DNA of 38,170 nt from Selaginella moellendorffii (taxonomy: Eukaryota; Plantae; Lycopodiophyta), in the NCBI RefSeq assembly GCF_000143415.4, contig NW_003314433.1:46928-85097 (forward strand), given 5' to 3'. Under the pieces are notes generated by a model that ran no database searches, was not told where the DNA came from, and saw only the letters and a list, made by a program, of their open reading frames with translations. This document shows positions 1-11,667 of this stretch, one piece after another (within the stretch, counting starts at the first letter, position 1; every line of letters starts with the position of its first letter). The position numbers and the translations under genes were made by a program.

Positions 1-1949
1 TTTCCCAGCGAGACATGGGTCGCGGAGTCGCGTGGATCCATCTCGCCAAGCCGCAGCGCGGCATTCCAGGCGCGATCGACGTCGCCGTGGATCTGGCAAG
101 CGCTGAGAATCTCCCCCCACATCGCGGCATCTGGCTCGAATGGCATGGATTCCATGAGCTCCTCGGCGGCATCCAGCATTCCCGCCCGGCCGAGCCCTAG
201 CAGCATCGAGCAGTAGTGTTCTTTCGCTGGATCGAGGCCATAGTCTCGCCTCATGGATCGGAAGTACTCTCCAGCGCTTGCCACGAATCCGTCGTGGCCA
301 CAGGCGCCAAGAACCGCCACGAAGGAGATTCCATTCGGCGCCACGCCCTCGAGCTGCATGATCGCGACCACCGCCATCGCTTGGCCGCCGTTCTCTTGCG
401 CCATCAACGCGGTCCAGGCCATGACATCTCTGTGCGGCATTCTCTCCAAGATCTCCCTCGCCTCATCCAGATCGCCGCTCTGGGAGTACGCCGCGATCAT
501 CGTGTTCCACAGGATCGCATCGCGGCTGTGGAGCTCCACCACATCGAAGAGCGATCTGGCCTGTTCTAGATCCCCGTTCCGGGCGTATGCATGGATCATC
601 GCGGTTCTCGCGACAATATCTTCTTTCTCGGCCATGGAATCGAAAATCTCCCTAGCGCTCCCGACATCGCCATCGCCACCGAGAGCCGCGATCATCTCCG
701 TGCACGACACTGCGCTGTGCCGAGCCATCTTCGCAAAGACACTCTTGGCCGCCGGGATTTCCCCGTTCCGGGCAAGCACGAACAAGATCGTGTTCCACAG
801 AATCGCGTCTCGATCGCGCGCTTGATCGAACAGCGCCTTCGCCAAAACGGCTTGATCGCGCTCCTGGCATGCCCGGACAAGGATTGTCGATAGTCCCGCG
901 CTCTTCTCTGGCATCGATTCTAAGGTTCTTGCCGCTATCTCCAAATGCCCCATCTCGGCATAGGCTTGGATTAACACTCCCCACATTGATGGATCCCAGC
1001 TAGGGCTCTTGTGGAGCATCGTCTCGGCGTGGATTGGATCTATGTGAGCGAAGGCGACGATCATGGCGCTCCAAGAGGAGGCGCTATGCTCCGGCATTTG
1101 ATCGAACGTGTTCTTGGCCCTGGAAAGATCCCCCTTTGCGGCATTTGCGGCCACAATCGCTCGCCATGATGCGATGCTACGCTGTGGCATTCTCTCAAAG
1201 TAGCGATCCAAATCATCAATTTCAATCTTCTCGATCGCCAGCATCGCATTCCAGGAAACCTCGTTCTTCTCTGGCATCGAATCGAACAGCGCTTTCGCTG
1301 GATCAAAATGCCCAGCGTCGGCAAATGCCAAGATCATCGAGTTGCAGCACATCGTGTTGCGCGCTGGGATCTTTCCAAACATCTCCTCCGCGCGATCGAT
1401 TCTCCCGCTGCCAGCGTAGCTTTGGATCATGCCAGTCCACGAGATGAGATCGTGCTCCGGCATCTGGAGAAACGCTCTGGATGCCTCGTCCCAGTTCTTG
1501 GCGTTCTTGTGGGCGACGAACACTGTGTGGAAGGAAATGACGCTCCTCGCGGGCATCCTGGCGAAAATCTCCTCCATCTCCTCGATCCTGCCACTCTCTG
1601 AGAAGCCTTTGAGCAAGATCGTCCAGGAAACCACGTCGTGGCAGCGATTGAGCGCCATCGCATCGAAGACGCGCTTGGATCCATCGAAATATCCATTCCG
1701 CGCATATGCCGAGAGGAGGAACGTCCAGGAGAAATTGTTTGGGTCGGGCATGGAATCGAAGAGTGCCTGCGCGCATTCCACCGCATCGTGTCGCCCATAG
1801 GCTTCCAGCAAAAGATTGGAGAGATAGGTGCTGCGTTGCTGCTCCACTCGCGGATGGATCTGCCTCACCTCAGACAGGCTCTTCGATCGCTTCAAGGAGC
1901 TGGCAATGCGATCGATCACGCCGGCATTCGATGTTCTTCCAAGAACCAT
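1..1949 (-). CDS. PLS-class pentatricopeptide repeat protein with E domain (3' end beyond the window)
   Basis: Manual translation of the minus strand from ATG 1949 (first Met after an in-frame TAG) stays open to position 1. It gives PPR motifs (LFDSMPDPNNFSWT, FLQMPEHDLISWTGMI, LERMPHRDVMAWTAL) and an E-domain signature (HYCSMLLGLGRAGMLDAAEELMESMPFEPDAAMWGEILSACQIHGD). Absent from the ORF track, probably because no stop lies inside the window. Confidence 0.93.
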   Translation of the reverse strand, partial: MVLGRTSNAGVIDRIASSLKRSKSLSEVRQIHPRVEQQRSTYLSNLLLEAYGRHDAVECAQALFDSMPDPNNFSWTFLLSAYARNGYFDGSKRVFDAMALNRCHDVVSWTILLKGFSESGRIEEMEEIFARMPARSVISFHTVFVAHKNAKNWDEASRAFLQMPEHDLISWTGMIQSYAGSGRIDRAEEMFGKIPARNTMCCNSMILAFADAGHFDPAKALFDSMPEKNEVSWNAMLAIEKIEIDDLDRYFERMPQRSIASWRAIVAANAAKGDLSRAKNTFDQMPEHSASSWSAMIVAFAHIDPIHAETMLHKSPSWDPSMWGVLIQAYAEMGHLEIAARTLESMPEKSAGLSTILVRACQERDQAVLAKALFDQARDRDAILWNTILFVLARNGEIPAAKSVFAKMARHSAVSCTEMIAALGGDGDVGSAREIFDSMAEKEDIVARTAMIHAYARNGDLEQARSLFDVVELHSRDAILWNTMIAAYSQSGDLDEAREILERMPHRDVMAWTALMAQENGGQAMAVVAIMQLEGVAPNGISFVAVLGACGHDGFVASAGEYFRSMRRDYGLDPAKEHYCSMLLGLGRAGMLDAAEELMESMPFEPDAAMWGEILSACQIHGDVDRAWNAALRLGEMDPRDSATHVSLG

Positions 1950-2166
1950 GAAAGAACCCTCATTCTTGCGAGAATATTTCTAGAGAATATATCACAATCG
2001 TTGTCGCTGCCAATCCAGGTTTGCAATCCATTGATCACTTGCATTGCAGCATCGCATGCGTGGATCGCTTGGATTCCATCGATCAATCGCTTGCATTGAG
2101 GAAAATCTTTCACAACTCCACACAAGAAGAAAGAATTTGACTATCGACACAGTGTTCTTGGCTAGC

Positions 2167-3613
<1,447 letters not shown>

Positions 3614-3663
3614 CACTCCGAGGTATGCTGGATCCACAAATGTTCGTGAGCTTCCCAGCTAAC

Positions 3664-3674
3664 TTTTTTATATA
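3664..3674 (-). promoter_or_regulatory. TATA box of the peroxidase gene
   Basis: TATATAAAAAA on the minus strand about 55 nt upstream of ATG 3613. Confidence 0.6.
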
Positions 3675-4318
3675 CGTGGGTTTGGTGCAGACACGAAATG
3701 GTGGCGGTCACTTTTGACTGTTAAATAGCGATGCTTGTTTAGGGACGAGTGGGCACTCGTGATATCAGCAAGGACTGGCTTTTGACCCCGACTTTTCTCA
3801 AGCCAGCCGGATGAGAGCTCTGATCAAGCAAAGAAAAAAAACAAGGTGAGATTTTTTCTTCTTTCTTTCTTTCTTTTCGTTCGTTGTTGCTTCGATCAAT
3901 GCGTTTTAAGTACGTGATGGTGACTCGAGTATGTTGGACATTGCAGGCTTTTTCGCTATGCAGGTCTCTCTTTCCGTGCTCTGGAGGTAAGTACGCTCTG
4001 CGCTGCGGGCTAGCTAACTTTCCATGTGAATCGTCTCTCGTGGTTGCAGAGGGCATCTTCCCAAAGGACGTCCAGCTTGAAACTTTGTGTCGCCTTGCTC
4101 CAGCGACATGATGGGAAACTCGCAACCAAAAACTGTCCGCTTATATGGCTAGCCCGGAGGATCTGTGGCAGCCACTCGCATAAACTTCTCGGACTCGTCC
4201 GGGTAAGGCTCAAAAGCTCTTTCCTTTCTTGTCAATCGCTTCGCTTCCTTCCCGGCGCTGATCCACAGTGCTTTTGGTGCTTTTGTGTAGGTCCCGAGAA
4301 GATCTAGAAATACAAGGA

Positions 4319-4849
4319 ATGGGAACTTCTGCGAATGGTGTCGGTGGTGGTTCTGCGATTCTTCTCTGGATTTCGGTGTTGACAATCCTCCTCGGAGCTG
4401 CTGCCACTGTTGCCGCGAGGTCCACACTGGTCGGAGCAGCCACCGAAATGAAGAACGAGTACTTCCACCATCCTCCACTCGAGTTTCCAAAGCCGCCACC
4501 GTTCGAGTTCAAAGAACCTCCGTATGAGCTGCCCAAGCCTCCGCCATTCTCGTACAAGGAGCCACCGTTTGATCTTCCAAAGCCACCGCCACTCTCGTAC
4601 AATGAGCCAGAGTTTACTCTTCCAAAGCCTCCGCCATTCTCATACAAAGAGCCACCGTTCGATCTTCCAAAGCCGCCACCATTCTCGTACAAAGAGCCAC
4701 CATTGGATCTTCCCAAGCCGCCGCCAATCTCCTACAAAGAACCACCGTTCGATCTTCCAAAGCCGCCACCGTTCTCGTACAAAGAGCCACCATTGGATCT
4801 TCCCAAGCCGCCGCCAATTTCGTACGAGGCTTCATTTCACCACCACTAG
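4319..4849 (+). CDS. Secreted proline-rich cell-wall-type protein with eight 15-aa repeats (consensus LPKPPPFSYKEPPFD)
   Basis: ATG 4319; hydrophobic signal (ILLWISVLTILLGAAATVAAR); 45-nt tandem repeats with synonymous variation; stop at 4847-4849. Confidence 0.88.
   Translation: MGTSANGVGGGSAILLWISVLTILLGAAATVAARSTLVGAATEMKNEYFHHPPLEFPKPPPFEFKEPPYELPKPPPFSYKEPPFDLPKPPPLSYNEPEFTLPKPPPFSYKEPPFDLPKPPPFSYKEPPLDLPKPPPISYKEPPFDLPKPPPFSYKEPPLDLPKPPPISYEASFHHH
4484..4830 (+). repeat. 45-bp coding tandem repeat, about 8 copies
   Basis: Recurrent cttcc(a/c)aagcc(g/t/a)cc...tcgtacaaagagccacc unit. Confidence 0.9.
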
Positions 4850-4936
4850 CATGGTAAATAGTAAAAACTGTACTTTGTGTGTGTAAATCTCAAAGAACGT
4901 TTATAATTTAAAAAAGCGATTAGGGCTCTAGGCGCG

Positions 4937-6468
4937 ATGGCTATGGCGTTGGCGATGGCGCTCACGGCGTCTCCTTCGTCTCACCTCAAATTCCAGCTCT
5001 CCAGGGGACCGGCATTTCATTCCTTTCGCGTCAGCTACGCTAATGCGGCTGCCGCTCCAGCGCCTTGGGCGAGAGAAGCAGTGTCTCGTCGTCCCGATCG
5101 GGAAAGAATTGGAGCGACTGGAAATCGCAAAGGAAATGCTCCTGATGGGGACAATGAGGTAAGCTACACGAATTCTTGTCGTTTCTCTTCTCGTAGTCTA
5201 CAATCTTTGGTTTGTGTAGAGCCTAGCGTTGAAAATTCTCCGGCTTGATGGGTGGGACGTTCCGTGGGGGTATGGAGTGACAACGCTGGGATTGCTGGGT
5301 TGGCTGGTCAGGTCGGTAGAAATCAAAGCTTGTTCCTGATTGCTTTTGTTGATCGATGACACTACAAGCGCAGCTTTTTTGTGACAGGCTTGGCTACGGC
5401 AGTGCTCGGTCATAATCTGGGGATCGATAGAAGAGAAATCCTCGACATGGACGAACAAGCTGCGTTCATACTTTTCAGCCAAGTGTAAGGAGTTAGAAAA
5501 GTTGCGATCAATCTTTCATGAAACTTGGCCTGTGAAGTTTGCAGACAATTACAGGACTTGGCACCATCAATCTCGTTACAACCAAGTACCAGCCTTTGCC
5601 TTCCGACATGTTCGTGTATGGTATGCTTTTATCGTTTCTCTCCTTCGTAGTTACGCTTAACACGACTTTAGATTTTAGAAAACCATTTGATTTGCAGCGA
5701 GGATGGCTGCTTTGGTCTGGAATTGGCATACTTTGCGCTGGTGGAGCTGTGGTTCTAACCAGTATCATCGTTTCATCTGTTAATGGTGAACTGCCACCAC
5801 GGGAGGTTGGTTCTTGGTTGCTATATCCCAATGCACAATTGATTTCGGTTTTTATCTTTGTCAGGACAACGATGCGCTATCACAGTTGCTTCCGCTCATT
5901 GGTGTCTCGCCATTAAGGTTAGCAACGAGGTTTCTCAGTTGGATGTGTTGTGATTGATTCGCTGGTCATTTTTGTAGCACAGCGTCATTGATTGTTGTGA
6001 CCGGTGCTTTGGCTCCACTGCTAGAAGAGACTGTTTTCCGCGGCTTTCTCCTGACATCTCTAACTAAGAGGTGAAAAACTGTGCTTTTACACGATCTTAC
6101 ACTACTGGATTCTCAGGTTGCCAGTTCCAGTTGCCGTGGTTTTGAGCGCCGCTGCGTTTGCTCTCGCTCATCTAACTCCGGGAGAATTTCCACAGCTCTT
6201 TGCGTTGGGTAAGAAATCAAGTGGATTGCCATTGCTGACACTTCCCACACAGGCATTGTCATCGGTTTTGCGTACTCTAAGACACACAACATGCTCACGC
6301 CAATTCTAATCCACGCGACCTGGAATTCTGGAGTGGTGGTAGCGCTCACAGCACTCAGTGTAAGTAGCACCAGCCTTTTTTCTTGATCTTCCAACAGAGT
6401 TGTTTGGATGGCAGTTTCAAGGATACGATTTGAGCCAAGTGCTCTCACTTATCTTAATGGGATCATAA
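4937..6468 (+). CDS. CAAX amino-terminal protease (CPBP/Abi) family membrane protein, probably plastid-targeted, multi-exon
   Basis: Ser/Ala/Arg-rich transit-like N-terminus; WDVPW motif; APLLEETVFRGFL, AAAFALAH and IHATWN CPBP motifs; short GT-AG introns (e.g. 5159-5219, 6360-6414); last exon FQGYDLSQVL...stop at 6466-6468. Confidence 0.9.
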
Positions 6469-6508
6469 TTAAACCTTAAATGGCATCATTTGAATTTTAG
6501 GGCTACGT

Positions 6509-6517
6509 TTTCCCGCC
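6509..6517 (+). promoter_or_regulatory. E2F-binding site upstream of DPB2
   Basis: TTTCCCGCC about 40 nt before the ATG of a DNA replication gene; a telobox-like TTAGGGTT follows at 6530-6537. Confidence 0.8.
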
Positions 6518-6557
6518 AATTGGTTGGGGTTAGGGTTCTAAAGCAGGGATTTTGGCG

Positions 6558-8819
6558 ATGGAGCAGCAGCAGCGAATGCGCAAGGCGCAGCTGAAGTTCA
6601 AGCTCCGGGGACTAACCCTCTCGGTGGATGCGCTCAAGGCTGTTCTTGGCTTCCTAGATGAGCAATACTTGCCGGACGAGGAGGCGCTCCAGCATCTTCT
6701 GGCCGAGGTCGACAAAATCTCCCGTGAGTTGTTCTTCTTTTTGCTAGCGGCCTGTCTCATAGATGATTTCAGTGAAGAGCAATGTGCTGTCCAAGGAAGC
6801 AGCGGTGGAACTCATTTCAGCGGCCACAGGCGTGACTAGCAGCGAGCAGAATGCTCTTATTGTTGTCGATGCCTTCAAGCTTCCAAGATTTTGCTACGAT
6901 CCAATACGAAAAATGTTCTACAGGTAACGATCTCTCGCTTGGATTTCTTAGTTTTCTCGCTGTCACTGGGTTCTTTTTTCTTTTCTTTTTCGAAACTCCT
7001 TTTGTACGCTTCTACAGGTATAACAAAACACCTTCCGTTCACGGTGATGCTCGATCCAAATCTGCTCTTTACAAAGATAGGCTCCAATTGCTACATCAAC
7101 GTCTTATCAGAGATAGACACTTTGCAAAGCCTGCATTTGACATGGATGGAAGCCGATCGGGGACTTGTGAGGTTTGCTTATTTTTCTTTCTTTCTTTTCT
7201 TCTACGTCTTTTCTTAAAACGCTCAATGCAGTTGTCGTCGTTGCAATCGCTGCTAGGATGCATTGGCAGAAGATGGGTTATGGGGATCGTCTCCCAACTG
7301 GAAGACGGCCGCTATTATTTGGAAGACTTGTCTGCTACAATACCGATTGATCTTTCGCAAGCTATATCCTTTGGAAAGTTTTGTTTGTACGATAAGCAGA
7401 GCTTTTGTTTTTTTTAACTTGCAATTTCGCACAAGATCACGTCAGGATTTCTAACGGAGAACTGCATAATTGTTGCGGAAGGATTGCTGCAAGCAAACGG
7501 CATTTTTCAGGTTCGTTCCTTGTTTTAAAAGACTCACTTCCTGAAGCGCAACTTTCGACAGATCTCTACGTGTGGCTTCCCTCCATTGGAAGGAAGAAAC
7601 ATCTCGTTAAGTGTTACGGCTGGGCTCGACTTCTTCGGCGCAGGAGCGCTTTCTTACGATGAGATCGTATCCTTTTTTTGCTTGATTCCTTCTTTGTGTC
7701 CTTAATGGCTGTTTGTAGAGCAGACTAGAAGTGCTGGAACGCAAAGCTGTTAACGACATGTTTGTTGTTATCTCTGACGTGTGGCTGGACGATGAACAGG
7801 TAACGTATTTTCCTGCCCAAATTTCTCACATACTCTTCTGTTTGTTGGTATCCAGACTATGCGAAATCTTGAGGTCGTGCTGGATGGATTTGAAAACGTT
7901 GACGTTGTGCCATCAGTCTTTATACTCATGGGAAATTTTTTGTCACGCCCTTGCAATCTCTCTTTCCATAGCTTTGGGGAGCTTCGGTACTTTCAAGTTT
8001 TAAACATAAGCTTTGCTCTTCATGTGCTACATTGTTTGGCAGTATAGTTCGCACTTTGATAAGCTCGGCACATTAATCGCGTCACATACTCGGATCAGCT
8101 CGACCAGCAAGTTTGTCCTAATCCCGGGTCCTGAAGATCCAGGTATCGTTTTGTTTTGTATGACTTCCTGGTTTGCTAACTCAATTGTCCAGGCCCGAGT
8201 AGCGTTCTTCCGAGGCCTGCCTTGCCGAGCTATTTCACAAAGGAGCTGGCCAAGCACGTCCCCAATGTGACCTTTGCAAGTAATCCATGCAGGTAACTCT
8301 TTGTGTAATGCTGACTTTAGGATAACGAGTATCACGCAGGATTCGCTTCTTCTCGCAGGAGATAGTTCTCTTCAGGGAGAACTTGCTGTACCGCATGAGA
8401 AGGCTATGCATTGTTACACCGTCAGACGAGGAGACAACAGAGCCATTTGAGCACGTAAGTCCCCTTTGCCATCGTTTTTCCTGCTCCATAAACTCCATTT
8501 CTTGCAGCTTGTAGCGACAATCACACATCAAAGTCACCTGTGTCCTCTACCACTAACTTCGCAGCCCATTGTCTGGGAGTATGATCACGCCATGCGGCTC
8601 TATCCAACGCCTCACACTGTAAGTGTGTTGGAGGATCCTTTCCTGTTCGTCCTTGATCTATGCTCCCAATCTTTCCAGATTGTTCTAGGCGACCGCACGG
8701 AGCAAAAGCTTTTCAAGTATATGGGCGTCACGGCCTTTAGTCCGGGATCGTTCTCGGTGGATGGAACTTTTGCTGCCTACAGGCCAGCGACTCAAGAAGT
8801 AGAACTCTCTTCACTGTAA
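6558..8819 (+). CDS. DPB2: DNA polymerase epsilon subunit B (non-catalytic), multi-exon
   Basis: [106 protein letters not shown] and PGSFS motifs of POLE2/DPB2; ATG 6558, stop 8817-8819. Confidence 0.95.
7364..7432 (+). other. U12-type (minor spliceosome) AT-AC intron in DPB2
   Basis: Donor ATATCCTT, branch-like TTTTTAAC at 7411-7418, terminal AC; removal joins ...DLSQA|[11 protein letters not shown] in frame. Confidence 0.9.
7667..7718 (+). other. U12-type GT-AG intron in DPB2 (52 nt)
   Basis: Donor GTATCCTT, branch TCCTTAAT at ~7699-7706, AG at 7717-7718; joins ...YDEI|[15 protein letters not shown] in frame. Confidence 0.88.
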
Positions 8820-9539
8820 AACTAATGCTATGATCTTGCTCAAACTCGTTGTCTCGTATCGGTTTTAGAATATACTCAGCTCCCCTAAAATTAGGAGAGG
8901 AATGGATGGCTAGTATGGATAAATCATGGAAAAATAAGTTTCCATACGTACATCTAATACTTACATGAGACCTGGCGTTCTCTCGTTTATTCTCTTTAAC
9001 AAAGCCCGGAGTCGTACTCTACGGCTACTATAAATCTCTTTCTAGTTTATTATACGCCTTTTTCGTAGAGTCTACGGTGGGGGGTTCGAATCCCGGTCCG
9101 TGGCTCGAGCATGACGAGGAGCGCTACACCTTCGCTCTTCTCTCTCGCGCGGATCTTGATGCGCTAGGCCATCGATTTTCGTCGATCGCTCGCAGCGACG
9201 GTGGTATTGATCCGACCCCAGGCGGGAGAAGCTAATGTCTAGAATACCTGAATCCTCCTCGCTCACGACCACGGCATCACATCCCTGCTGCGTGGCCTTC
9301 TTCTGGAGCTCCTCGTCGTCGTCTTCATGCTCCTCGTCTTGATCTTGATCGTGGGAAGGATCACGGAGGCGTCTATCCGCTCACCAGGTTCGTTTTTCCA
9401 CTGCTGGACAAGATCGTCAACACAAGGAGCAGCAGCACCGCTGTGAGAAGCTGCGCGATCAGACGCTTGGATTCCACAAGGAAGGATCTGAATATCCATA
9501 CGTTGCTGCTCCAGCAAATCCAGCTCTTGGTGGTGATGG

Positions 9540-9776
9540 TGCTCGAGGAGTTTTCTCTACGATCACGCGTGCGGTCTCCTATAGCGATTCTTAAGTCTGC
9601 GACAAGTACTTGTGCGCAGTGGATAGCCAGATTGGAGGGAGCTTACGCAGATTTGCTGGTGCTAGACAAGAATCCAATAGCAGATCAACCTGGTTATGAT
9701 CCGAGAAACTGTGAAGCTGCCAAAGGGACTGGCGACCAAGATAGATGGCAGAACCGTTGAGAGCTCGACCAAGTAA
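9540..9776 (+). pseudogene. C-terminal fragment of a metal-dependent amidohydrolase
   Basis: EEFSLRSRVRSPIAILKSATSTCAQ...LEGAYADLLVLDKNP resembles the amidohydrolase C-terminal motif (ATxxxA...GxxADLlvlDxNP). A KIDGRTV segment follows in another frame; no N-terminal metal-binding region is visible. Confidence 0.6.
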
Positions 9777-9993
9777 GCACGTGTTTATGATGTTCTTACA
9801 GTGTGAATCTGTAGAGGATGACCCTTGAGGGAATGTAATACTCTGAGAAGGTGTTATGTATCATTCATTTAAAGTTGACGGTACGATTCGGCGTTTTTTC
9901 TTTGCGATCCTTCTATTGAATCACGCAAAATCAATATTGACGTTTTGTTGCTAGCGCTTGTGGCCATCTTGTCACAAGATGCTTCTGCCGCTG

Positions 9994-10000
9994 TATAAAT
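9994..10000 (+). promoter_or_regulatory. TATA box of the amaranthin-aerolysin gene
   Basis: TATAAAT followed by a probable 5'UTR intron (GTAAGT 10048 ... TTGCAG 10109) and ATG 10123. Confidence 0.55.
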
Positions 10001-10122
10001 TTTAGCTGCTAGTCTTCATACAACATCATCCTATTGCATTTCAAGCTGTAAGTTGCTCCATGCATTGCTCTTATGCTTTACTCTCGGTAACAATTTTCTT
10101 GGTTTGCAGATCACAAGGAGGG

Positions 10123-11667
10123 ATGACGTCCAACACCAAACCAGTGAGGCTCCCACACTACTTCACGCTGAAAAATGCCGAAGGGAACTACCTGACACTG
10201 AGTGCTGTTTTGAACTACCTCCCTTTCAACTTCTCCTCCAAGGAGAGAACCCGTCTTTCAACATATGAAGCTCTCTACAACTCCAAAGACAACTCGGATT
10301 CGATGGTGATGATCCGTGCTCCAAACAGCCGCTTCTGGAGGAGATTTTACGACAATTCTTCGCCAGGAACAATTCCGTCAGACCATGAAGAGCCCAAGGA
10401 TCCAAGCGACAAAGCTTATCATTTCCAGATCGTCGAAGCTCCCGATGCCAAGAACAAGATCGTTATCAAGTCCAGAATCGACGGTCTCGACGTTTTCCCA
10501 GCGGCCGAAGTGCAGAGCGCCGAAAGCCTTGCTCTCAACTTCCCGACTTTCTTAATGCTCAAGTCTTCGGGAGATGGTCGTTGCGGTGCAACATGGACAG
10601 CCGCGAGCTCGAGGGAGCTTTCCAGGCCACGCCACTTGTGGACGGGAACTTTATCTTCCAGAGCGTTACGGGCAAGCTCTTCTGGCGCCGGGACACTGGC
10701 AACGATAGCTGGATCATCGCAGACAGAGAAAAAGAAGCCGCTCTCAAGGATCCCCGATGCCACTTCAACGCATCCAGAGTGAGCAAGAACATGATCACCA
10801 TCCGCTGCGTCGGAGACGACTCCGACCTCTTTGTCATCCGCAGTGACAAGGACCACAAGCTCAAGGCCACCGCCACGAATGTCGACAACGCTGCGACACA
10901 CTTCATTGTCTATGAGGGATCCAGCAACAAGCACATCTTCAACGTGAAGTACCTGCTCGGGCTTGCGGAGGTGACGGATATCCGTCCTCTGATCGTCGGC
11001 CAAGGCTCGGTGGTGAACAACGGTTGGCCAGAACGCCGACCTCCAGGTTTAAGTCAGCTTCACCGAGTCCGTATCAACGAGCAACCGCTGGATGACGTCC
11101 CAGACGGTGGGACTGGAAACCAGCCTGACCGTGAGCGCTGGAATCCCCGAGATCGCCTCCGTAGAAGCCACCGTCACAGTCGGGGTGGAGAAAACCACCG
11201 AGACCGAGCTCGGAAAGGAGATGACCACCCTGCTTACGTTCCAGTCCGGCTATCTCATTAAAGACGTGCCTCCCGGAGGAGCGGCGAGAAAGTTTTCAAG
11301 CCTCAGGCTCATTCAATTTGATTCTTTTCCCCTTTCTTTCTTGCTCCAGGCCAAGGTGGCAGAGGAGTGTACCAGGGGAAAATGCAGAGTTCCCTTCACG
11401 TACTCCACCAAAGCTACTCGACTCGACGGCATTGACACGAAAGTGGAGGACGAGATCGATGGTGTTTACGAAGGTGTGTCCATTTTCAACGTCAGGGGCG
11501 TGATCAGTGGCTCGGCTCCATCCAAACCAGCCGCTGCTTCCAAACCAGCTACTGGTAGTGGTGGTCTTGTGGGTTCTGTTGTTAGCGGAACGGGAACTGT
11601 GGTTAGTGGAGTTACCAAGGGCACTGAGAAAGTCGTGGGTGGTGTTGTTGGTTCCCTGTTTGGCTGA
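10123..11667 (+). pseudogene. Amaranthin-like agglutinin (2 domains) plus aerolysin-type pore-forming domain (Hfr-2-like), disrupted
   Basis: Agglutinin motifs LPHYFTLKNAEGNYL, NSRFWRR, KLFWRR...WIIAD; aerolysin-like Ser/Thr-rich beta-hairpin (WMTSQTVGLETSLTVSAGIPEIASVEATVTVG) and CRVPFTY...DGVYEGV. Frameshifts near 10579 and 11025, in-frame TAA at 11050-11052, and a probable intron 11284-11349 with a GC donor. Confidence 0.85.

Noticed and set aside
4210-4716. Gly-rich repeat ORF on the minus strand (GGSLYENGGGFG)
   Set aside because: Reverse-complement reading of the proline-rich repeats; the plus frame has the signal peptide.
4484-4830. Regularly spaced repeats as a possible CRISPR-like array (also considered for 24765-24912 and 36832-37157)
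   Set aside because: No unique spacers; coding or tandem repeats in a eukaryotic context; no cas genes.
9078-9100. GGTTCGAATCCC resembling a tRNA T-loop/box B
   Set aside because: The T-stem pairs poorly, and no D-arm, anticodon arm or acceptor stem can be built.
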